64,000 nucleotides of DNA from Candidatus Dojkabacteria bacterium (GTDB lineage: Bacteria; Patescibacteriota; Dojkabacteria; B142; JAFGFJ01). Positions 9,620-17,051 of this stretch are shown here, in pieces. The notes under the pieces are model-generated. The model saw only the letters and a list, made by a program, of their open reading frames with translations, made no database searches and was not told the origin of the DNA. Location: the NCBI GenBank assembly GCA_016931155.1, contig JAFGFJ010000006.1, positions 13,115-77,114 of the forward strand. The letters are read 5' to 3'. A program made the translations under genes and the position numbers. Within the stretch, counting starts at the first letter, position 1. The number at the start of each line of letters is the position of its first letter.

Positions 9620-10243
9620 CTAAACTGATTCAAAGCCCTGCAAATGGTTATGTGTATCAAACTCTATTACCTTAAGTTTATCTCCGTATTCCAACATCGT
9701 ATACCCCCCTTCTGCTATTGTTGAATCCATAATTTCCTCACCAGAGGGTCTATAACTTTCATCAATTCGATAAATTAAATTTCCAATAAGTCCACCATGT
9801 GTAGAAATTAAAATATTTTCCAGGCTTTCTTTTTTCAATTCTTCAAAAAAGCATATACATCATCGAGAATTTGTTTAAGCGATTTATTGGTCTCTGGAGA
9901 GACAAACATTGGGTCAATTAACATCTTTCTTTGCAAATCTTTTCTGTATTCTTTAGGCTTAGAATAATCAATATATGCATATATTTCTGCCAGAGCATTC
10001 ACCGTTTTGATTTCTCCTAGATTTAATTACTTCTAACTATTTCAGCACTATGAATTGCACGGGGAAAAGGACTCGAAAAATGAAAGGTAAATTACAAAGC
10101 TCAGGAAATCTTTTATTCAGGATCTCAGCCAGTTTCTGAATTTGGATTATTCCAAACTTTGAAAGAGTTACTCCCCTCTTCACACTAAAGTCGGTGGACT
10201 CAACTTCCTGTTTTTCACCATGACGAAAAAGAAATATTTTCAT
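9620..10243 (-). pseudogene. Histidine phosphatase family pseudogene
   Basis: RHG motif in 10037-10243 fragment and ILISTHGG motif in 9620-9838 fragment, in separate ORFs. Confidence 0.75.
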
Positions 10244-10589
10244 AAAAACTTGTTAAAGACTTTTTATTATACTGAAAACGACTAAAGAGGAAATGGTGGA
10301 GATGGGGGGCTCGTTTGCGGGCGGGATTATTTCTGAACTGGAAAAACTGTTACTGATCGTAAAGAATCCTTTACAAGTAGCTCGTACTGCTTAATCATAC
10401 AAAATTACCCTAACTATATGCAATGCTTTGATTGAAAAGCAAATAAAATAAATGTAAGGGAATGAACATTGATAATTTAATGGACTAATCTATAAGATAT
10501 CGAATCATTGAAATATCTAATCAAAATGTTATACTCTTTTTGTAGATGCTGATTAAATGTAAAAGTTTCTATCCGAAAGTAGTTCCTAG

Positions 10590-10718
10590 CTACTTCCTTT
10601 TTTTACCTGCATCGCTGCGTTTTTTTCTCCAACGACCATTTTTATTTCTATCTCTGGGTTGTGTACCACCCCCTTGCTCGGGGACATATGGACCTCTACC
10701 CAATCTTCTATCTGCCAT
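10590..10718 (-). CDS. 42-aa basic peptide MADRRLGRGPYVPEQGGGTQPRDRNKNGRWRKKRSDAGKKRK
   Basis: Below ORF-track cutoff; perfect SD AAAGGAGGTGAT at 10723-10734. Confidence 0.75.
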   Translation of the reverse strand: MADRRLGRGPYVPEQGGGTQPRDRNKNGRWRKKRSDAGKKRK

Positions 10719-10794
10719 CCTTATCACCTCCTTTCGAGATTAATTTCAGCACCTACAAACAGGGTACACTCCCTGTTTGGATTCAATTTCAATG

Positions 10795-11748
10795 CTATTT
10801 TAACTTTATATCAAGAATCCTTTTCACCTTATCCTGCCACCCTTTAGTATGTAATACACGATTATACGTTTCATTGTTCCTACGAAGTAATTCAGTTCTT
10901 GAAAGTTGGCTAAGCTTTACCCAATCTGAATAGAGCACATAGATTGCGTTTCCATAGTTTTGATTTTCGAAGACCACCAAGTCTTTGTTAATTACTGCTC
11001 CAAAATAGTTCCCAAAACCTGTCCTACCATAAATGTATTTTTTCGGTTTAAGCTTACCCATAAAATCTAACCTCTCTTTTGTAGCCTTTGTAGCATCAAT
11101 ATCTGAAGCCAAATTTTGCCCACTCATTACTTTCTTGACAAAGTCTTCTCTTTTCTCCGGTGGGAAAATCTCCCAATCAACTTGCTGTATCTTAGTGTAA
11201 TCAATTTTATCATCACTTCCCCTTAAATCTGAACGACCTGTTGATTCTTGTAGAAGGTTAATAGCGAAAAAGATTTCATCAGTATCATCGTGAGGAATAG
11301 GATTAGCTAATGAGAATTCGAATAATAGTGAATTATTTTTAATCTGTTTAATTTTCATTCTATGCCCATGTGCTGGCTCAATTTCTCTTTGGTATCGCTT
11401 TTTATTCCAAACGATTGTATGTGTCCCATTCGAAGCATCTCCCCAGTTAGGAGCTTCTACAGATATAGTATAATCTTCTTTTGGAAGGTCTTTACGTATG
11501 ATTTCTTTCTCATAAAGATTGAATTTGGTAAATCTTCCAATTATACCTGGGATAACCTCATCAGGATATGTCACTTTACCATCTTGTATCTTTATACCAA
11601 GATGTTTATAAACTCCATTTTCTATATCATCCTGTCTAAAGAGTTTTAATGAAAATACTTGAACATTTTCCTTCGAAGGAATTTCGTCAAGCTTTATTTG
11701 TAAATGTTTTGGCATATTTATATAGTATTTTTTCCACTTGTTTTTCAT
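10795..11748 (-). CDS. Uncharacterised 317-aa protein (candidate toxin/defence effector)
   Basis: Long ORF with motifs VDWEIFPP, GRTGFGNY, FENQNYGNAIYV, HTKGW; downstream of Panacea gene. Confidence 0.8.
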   Translation of the reverse strand: MKNKWKKYYINMPKHLQIKLDEIPSKENVQVFSLKLFRQDDIENGVYKHLGIKIQDGKVTYPDEVIPGIIGRFTKFNLYEKEIIRKDLPKEDYTISVEAPNWGDASNGTHTIVWNKKRYQREIEPAHGHRMKIKQIKNNSLLFEFSLANPIPHDDTDEIFFAINLLQESTGRSDLRGSDDKIDYTKIQQVDWEIFPPEKREDFVKKVMSGQNLASDIDATKATKERLDFMGKLKPKKYIYGRTGFGNYFGAVINKDLVVFENQNYGNAIYVLYSDWVKLSQLSRTELLRRNNETYNRVLHTKGWQDKVKRILDIKLK

Positions 11749-11815
11749 TGTAATCTATTAATAATAAATATAAATCTATAGCAAGAAGGTGTAAAACTTC
11801 CCATTCTATAATGAT

Positions 11816-11900
11816 TTGACCTGGAAGTGGAAACTGTTATAATGAGGTGTAAAGTGTTCGTTACGAACAGAAAGCATACCTTCCAGGTGTGCTTTTTTTT
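11816..11900 (+). ncRNA. Putative ~50-nt small RNA with its own promoter and terminator
   Basis: TTGACC-16-TATAAT with extended TG, hairpin TGTTCG-TTA-CGAACA, terminator AAGCATACCT-TCC-AGGTGTGCTT plus T run; no ORF. Confidence 0.55.
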
Positions 11901-11915
11901 AGGCTTCATTCATTC

Positions 11916-12611
11916 TTAAAACGGTAACAAATTAAGTAATTTATATTCTTTCTTCATATCATCTTCTGAAATAATTTTATTCGTTCTTTTCATAGCATTT
12001 TTCCAAGGTAACTCTTTGTGAGATTTCGCTCTAAGTTGATATGCTGAGTAATAACCAAGTTTTTCCAATACAGTATCTATTATTTTTTTTGATTGAGAAT
12101 CAAGCTCTTCATATGTTTTATCAATCGGTTCGTTGATTACATTTGCTACAAAATGTTTATATGAGTCATATAATTCGCGGACTACTGGCCCGTGATCCCA
12201 AGATTCAAGATTTTCCTTAAATAATGGGTACCCCCTCATTCCTAGATTGTACATTTGGACATAATAGATTAATTTATTCAGCTTCATGTTTGTTAGATCA
12301 TAATAAGATTCGTTTGATTTCTTTTCAAAATTGAAGATACGTTTCATTTGTTCAATGATGTACTTTGCGACATCTAAAACTGAGTATTGCTTTAGATTGT
12401 TTAATTTTGAATCTTCAGAGTTAATAAATTCTATATCAAGACCTGTAGCTGATAAGAATCTAAATAGAGTTTTACTACTTACACCAGTTTCACCACGCTC
12501 AATTCTCGCAATAGTAGACTGCGGTACTCCCATTCTTTCAGCAAGGTCTGTTTGCGATAAACCTAATCGCATTCTATATTCTTGAATTTTTTCAACTATT
12601 TCGTCTCTCAT
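11916..12611 (-). CDS. XRE-HTH fused Panacea (SocA/DUF4065) antitoxin
   Basis: LSQTDLAERMGVPQSTIARIERG HTH; LTNMKLNKLIYY, WDHGPVV, SHKELPW. Confidence 0.88.
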   Translation of the reverse strand: MRDEIVEKIQEYRMRLGLSQTDLAERMGVPQSTIARIERGETGVSSKTLFRFLSATGLDIEFINSEDSKLNNLKQYSVLDVAKYIIEQMKRIFNFEKKSNESYYDLTNMKLNKLIYYVQMYNLGMRGYPLFKENLESWDHGPVVRELYDSYKHFVANVINEPIDKTYEELDSQSKKIIDTVLEKLGYYSAYQLRAKSHKELPWKNAMKRTNKIISEDDMKKEYKLLNLLPF

Positions 12612-12722
12612 AAAGGAAATCTAATAAATAACTGCTCAATAATACGTTAAAAAAATGTTTATGTCAAAAAAACATAATTAATTATGCGAAAGAGATATAA
12701 GAGAATAATTAGATAGAAAGAT

Positions 12723-13970
12723 TTATAAAATAGCCATCTGTTCCTCTACGAACTCTATTGGCATAGAAACGTATTTATCTTTATCATACGTTTTATTCAA
12801 CATAGAAACCGCAGCCTGTCCAATATGATAACCCAAATTCACTGGGACGGCGTTGCCAATTTGTTTGTACTGAGAGGTTGTTGATCCCTCGAATACCCAT
12901 TCATCTGGGAATGTTTGAATCCTAGCATATTCTCTAACAGTAAGAGGTCGAGTTTCTTCTGGATGGCATCTTTCTGTTTGCTTCTGAGCAGGGCTAGTTG
13001 TAAGAGTTAAACTAGGTTCATCCCATGATAATCTCCGAGCCATCCCAGTTTTTCCTCCGCTGTGATAATAGCTTTTTCCCATATATTCTTTTTGTACTTC
13101 CTCTGGTAAATCCCTCCAGTAACCACCAGGAGGTATCTGTTTCATAATTTCATATTTCTTTTCTGGGTATGACTGTCCTGAAGATTGTGGAACATTCTCA
13201 AGAGCCTCTCGAAGGGATACAAAATAATTTTTTTCTTTAGGAAACAAAATAGGAGTATCAAGATCATTCCTAACACCAATAATAATCAATCGTTCACGTT
13301 TTTGAGGAACGTCTAGATATTGAGATCGAAGTATTTTATAAGCGACTTTATATCCTAGTTCCTCTAATGTGTTAATCATAGTTGATAATGTACGTCCATT
13401 ATCATGCTTGTGTAGTCCTCGAACATTTTCACCTATAGCTATTTTAGGTTTAACTTCCTTCACACAACGTGCAAACTCAAAAAATAGAGTTCCTCTAGTA
13501 TCTTCAAATCCGCCCTTTTTCCCTGCATAACTGAATGATTGACATGGGAAACCGCCTTCAACGATATCTGCTGACATTTCCGTAAAATCAACATTCGCAA
13601 TATCATCTTCAATAACATTCCAATTTGGACGATTTGTTCTCAAAGTAGCTGCTGCATTTTTATCTATTTCTACTAGTAATTTATGTTCTAATCCAGCATT
13701 TTCTAAACCTAGTGCAGTCCCCCCAGCTCCCGAAAATAGATCTATAACAGTATATCCGGAGCTATTATCGGCTTTATGAATTTTATATCTATTATTGGAG
13801 TCATCTCCATCCAACTTTTTTATCAATCTATCGATTTCATCTAAATTAAAAACACGATAATTATTATCGGAACGAGAAGCCTTGATCAATCCTTTTTTCT
13901 CCCAACGACGTATAGTATCGGTTGATACATTTAATTTTTGAGCTGCATCGTGTACGGTAATTTTCTTCAT
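12723..13970 (-). CDS. C5 cytosine DNA methyltransferase with N-terminal MerR-type HTH (Eco47II/Sau96I-like)
   Basis: FSGAGG, GGFPCQ, ENV, QKRER, QIGNAVP motifs; TDTIRRWEKKG HTH. Confidence 0.93.
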   Translation of the reverse strand: MKKITVHDAAQKLNVSTDTIRRWEKKGLIKASRSDNNYRVFNLDEIDRLIKKLDGDDSNNRYKIHKADNSSGYTVIDLFSGAGGTALGLENAGLEHKLLVEIDKNAAATLRTNRPNWNVIEDDIANVDFTEMSADIVEGGFPCQSFSYAGKKGGFEDTRGTLFFEFARCVKEVKPKIAIGENVRGLHKHDNGRTLSTMINTLEELGYKVAYKILRSQYLDVPQKRERLIIIGVRNDLDTPILFPKEKNYFVSLREALENVPQSSGQSYPEKKYEIMKQIPPGGYWRDLPEEVQKEYMGKSYYHSGGKTGMARRLSWDEPSLTLTTSPAQKQTERCHPEETRPLTVREYARIQTFPDEWVFEGSTTSQYKQIGNAVPVNLGYHIGQAAVSMLNKTYDKDKYVSMPIEFVEEQMAIL

Positions 13971-13985
13971 GATTATAGTTTAATG

Positions 13986-14012
13986 GTAACCTTTACATAA
14001 TGCAAGGGTTAC
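13986..14012. promoter_or_regulatory. Palindromic operator between divergent M and R genes
   Basis: GTAACCTTT-ACATAATGC-AAGGGTTAC imperfect inverted repeat. Confidence 0.55.
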
Positions 14013-14070
14013 AGCGATTATTCTTTCTATTATGCTTGTTGTATACTTATAGACAGTTTAAGTTATTTTT

Positions 14071-14787
14071 ATGACAGATAAACAAAAAAAAGAAACTCTT
14101 AATAAAGCAAAGAAGTTTTTCAAAGCCTCTATATCGAACAGTCATTTAGGTAATACTGAAAAGCTAGTTACAGTATCGGAATTCAACGTTAATCCTTTTT
14201 TGGTTAAATACCTTGCGCAATTTTTTACCGGAAATACAAAAGCTGAAAGTATAGCTAAGGTTCTTATTTATCCGCGTATTTTGGGAACATCGATTAATAC
14301 AACATTCGGAAGTAGGTTACAAGCTTTCATCAGTGAGGTTTTAGAGGGATATGGTTCCACAACAGCAGGAATTGACATCGAATTTATTGATGCTTTAGAC
14401 AAAAGAAAAAAGTATTGTCAGGTTAAAGCAGGCTCAAATACGATAAACAAAGATGATGTAAAAACTATAAAAGATCATTTCAAATCTGTTTATAGTTTAG
14501 CAAGAACAAATAATCTGAAGGTGACTCTTGATGATATGGTGGTTGGAGTTTTATACGGAACTGAATCCGAATTGAGTTATCACTATAAGAAATTACAAGA
14601 GAATTATCCTGTACACGTTGGGAGTGAGTTTTGGTTTAGGGTAACAGGAGATAAGCATTTCTATATAGACTTAATTGACGCCTTTAGCGAAGTCGCAAAA
14701 GAAATAAATGGTTTTAAAGTTGTAAACAAAGTAGTAAAAGAACTCTCAGAAGATATTGAAAGAAATTACTCTGGATTATTACTATAG
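14071..14787 (+). CDS. Type II restriction endonuclease (PmeII-like)
   Basis: NPFL, TSINTTFG, GIDIEF...QVKAGSNTIN PD-(D/E)xK variant; divergent from MTase. Confidence 0.85.
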   Translation: MTDKQKKETLNKAKKFFKASISNSHLGNTEKLVTVSEFNVNPFLVKYLAQFFTGNTKAESIAKVLIYPRILGTSINTTFGSRLQAFISEVLEGYGSTTAGIDIEFIDALDKRKKYCQVKAGSNTINKDDVKTIKDHFKSVYSLARTNNLKVTLDDMVVGVLYGTESELSYHYKKLQENYPVHVGSEFWFRVTGDKHFYIDLIDAFSEVAKEINGFKVVNKVVKELSEDIERNYSGLLL

Positions 14788-14793
14788 TAGTAT

Positions 14794-15291
14794 TTATTCC
14801 AACATCCCCGCAGCTAATCCTGCAGCATCTGGAAATGACATATTTACGTCTTCTGCATACATTTCAATCATAAAATCTAATATGTCCATTTCAGTTACGC
14901 CTGTTTTACTTTCTTTTCTAAGTGCTATGAGAGCACTTCCTGCTTTTGAATAATTTTCTTCGTTTATCTCCAGTGCATAAAGAGTCATTGCTTCATCAAG
15001 CTTCTCTTTTATTTCTGACTGTGAGTAGCCACCTTCAAAAGCAACTTCCATCATTTCTAATGCAGATGTTTCTTCCTGATCTTTACTATCATTATTAACC
15101 TCTGGTTCAGCCACTTCTGAATCAGTTGGGGTTATTGAGACTTGAGAGTTATCTGTTTTTGTATTTGACTCGGATACCCCCTCCTGAAATCCATCTGAAA
15201 AGCTTCCTAAAAGACCTGTGGCAATGCAATAAATGCATAATAATAGTAACGCTCCTATTACAAGGATGATTAGAACATTTTTGTTCTTCAT
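14794..15291 (-). CDS. Membrane-anchored hypothetical protein
   Basis: Start at MKNKNVLII; single TM, acidic linker, small helical domain. Confidence 0.7.
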   Translation of the reverse strand: MKNKNVLIILVIGALLLLCIYCIATGLLGSFSDGFQEGVSESNTKTDNSQVSITPTDSEVAEPEVNNDSKDQEETSALEMMEVAFEGGYSQSEIKEKLDEAMTLYALEINEENYSKAGSALIALRKESKTGVTEMDILDFMIEMYAEDVNMSFPDAAGLAAGMLE

Positions 15292-15331
15292 AAGATAAAC
15301 AATAAAAAATAAACTAGCGGGGAAACTAAAA

Positions 15332-15441
15332 ATGGCTCCCCATTCACCGATAGTCCTTTCGGAACTATCTACTAACCTTTCGGCTAGCAACTACCGCAAA
15401 GTAATGGTGAGATGGGAGAGCCATCTCTATCTTTGCGGTAG
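15332..15441 (-). ncRNA. Structured leader RNA (three-way junction with two GAAA tetraloops plus alternative stem)
   Basis: 15332-15348 pairs 15406-15424; GAAA hairpins 15349-15369 and 15371-15388; perfect 11-bp IR 15391-15401/15431-15441. Confidence 0.6.
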
Positions 15442-15558
15442 ATTTTCATACCATGCCACTAAAAAGTGGTTTAGGTACTTAATGAATTATAATACTTTTC
15501 TTATGTTTGCTAAAAGTTTTTTGTATTTTCAAATAGGTATTGAAAGAAAGTATAAAAA

Positions 15559-15963
15559 TTTTGGTATCCTTTTAGTACCTCTTTAGTACCCTTACTATAC
15601 AACATGGAAATCGATGAATACTCCTGGTGGATAAGGCAGTAAAGTCGTCGAGGAGACAAAGAAGATAACTAATAAATTTGGTATCGTTTTGGTATCCTAT
15701 TCGCCTGAAAATATCATCGTAATAGCTATTATCAAGACTATCGGAACCAAATGTATATTTTTGTTTTTTGGTACGGTTTTGGTCTTCTTTTGGTCAGGTG
15801 TTTTTAGGATGTATTCCTTGCGTTTACCTTATACAGAAGATTGTTTTAGGTATAAAAAGGGTAAATTCAGGGTACAAAAAAGGTGGAAATTAGGTGGATT
15901 TAAGGTGGATAAAAAAGGTACAAATTGGGTACATTTAAGGTGCATGAAAAGTGAATTTGGTAT
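15559..15963. repeat. 11-bp periodic degenerate GGT-core repeat field
   Basis: e.g. AAAAAAGGTGG-AAATTAGGTGG-ATTTAAGGTGG; AAAAAAGGTAC-AAATTGGGTAC-ATTTAAGGTGC; TTTGGTATCGT-TTTGGTATCCT. Confidence 0.7.
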
Positions 15964-15972
15964 AATTTTCGT

Positions 15973-16740
15973 ATGAGTAAAACGGAGGATCTATATCGAG
16001 AGATCATAAATACCATAAATCAATACGATTCTAAGCTTAAGAAATCTTTACTTATAGCACCTGCAAATTATGAAGATTGGCTTCGAGATTCATTTCCCCG
16101 TATAGTTACAACCGATAGGACTTTTACACAGGGAGAGGAAGCTATCTATGAATTTGAGAGATATCTTAAAGACAATTCGTTAAATATCATTGAATATGAA
16201 TACCTAGAGAAGAATTCGGAGCTTATTCCAGATGTAATTAATAGTTTATTTAAAGCTGGTGTATTACATAAAAAGAATAATTTGATCGTGTCTCCAGTGG
16301 AGCTGGGCGTTGGAAGTGGATTTGAATTTATTAAACAGGGTCATTTTAAGTTCTATCTGTATGACATAAATTGGAAGTATTTGAAAAAGAAAAAAATTCC
16401 GAAAATGGTTGATGTGGCAGCTGAACTTTTCGATATGGTTCTTACTGAATCTGGAGATTTAATTTATAAAGATAATGAAGTGAAATTTCAAGTTTCTGGC
16501 CAAAAGGGACAGTTTGCACTATTAAAGGCTTTGATGATACTACAAAAAAGACAAAATGACAGTAATATGCAAATATCAGAGTTTCTTGTCGTTAAAGAAA
16601 TGCAGAAATACAGTAATACTGACTTAGATTTTATTTCTCTTGTTAATGACATAAATAAGAAACTAAGCAAGAATAAATTTCCTTATAAAATTTCCCATCC
16701 TCAAAAAGCCTTTATTATTAAGCCATCAGATCAAAAATAA
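15973..16740 (+). CDS. Hypothetical protein, possible C-terminal winged helix
   Basis: 255-aa ORF; C-terminal helix-helix-beta-hairpin pattern. Confidence 0.7.
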   Translation: MSKTEDLYREIINTINQYDSKLKKSLLIAPANYEDWLRDSFPRIVTTDRTFTQGEEAIYEFERYLKDNSLNIIEYEYLEKNSELIPDVINSLFKAGVLHKKNNLIVSPVELGVGSGFEFIKQGHFKFYLYDINWKYLKKKKIPKMVDVAAELFDMVLTESGDLIYKDNEVKFQVSGQKGQFALLKALMILQKRQNDSNMQISEFLVVKEMQKYSNTDLDFISLVNDINKKLSKNKFPYKISHPQKAFIIKPSDQK

Positions 16741-16809
16741 GGAAGTGAGTTCCTTATTTCAGGAAGCATTGTCCATGTTCGATAATATAACAAACATCAA
16801 ATTTGTTAT

Positions 16810-16995
16810 ATGTCGAAAGATTTTCTAATTGAAGAAAAACCACTAATCACTATAAAAGAGGCTAGAAAAATTCTAGGTTCTAGATACACTGGTTTGTCTG
16901 ATAAAGAAATCGAAAATAAAATTGCTAGCCTAACGCGTCTTGCAAAGATACTTTTCAAGAATTTAAACCGTCAACGCGATTCTCCCACCAAATAA
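16810..16995 (+). CDS. Small protein upstream of recombinase (possible excisionase/RDF)
   Basis: ITIKEARKILG...LSDKEIE; position in element. Confidence 0.7.
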   Translation: MSKDFLIEEKPLITIKEARKILGSRYTGLSDKEIENKIASLTRLAKILFKNLNRQRDSPTK

Positions 16996-17051
16996 TCACT
17001 TTCGTTTGTTATTGAAACTTTATAAAATATTTTAGTTATTAATTATTTACT

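Larger units (their letters stand above)
8430..10301. mobile_element. Older integrase-less segment bounded by tmRNA-3'-like att repeats
   Basis: AGAGGAAATGGTGGAG at 8430-8445 and 10286-10301; TA-like pair and pseudogene inside. Confidence 0.6.

Noticed and set aside
15332-15976. ORFs 15332-15586, 15689-15976 and the N-terminal extension of 14794-15390
   Set aside because: They overlie the structured RNA and repeat field; composition is better explained by those elements
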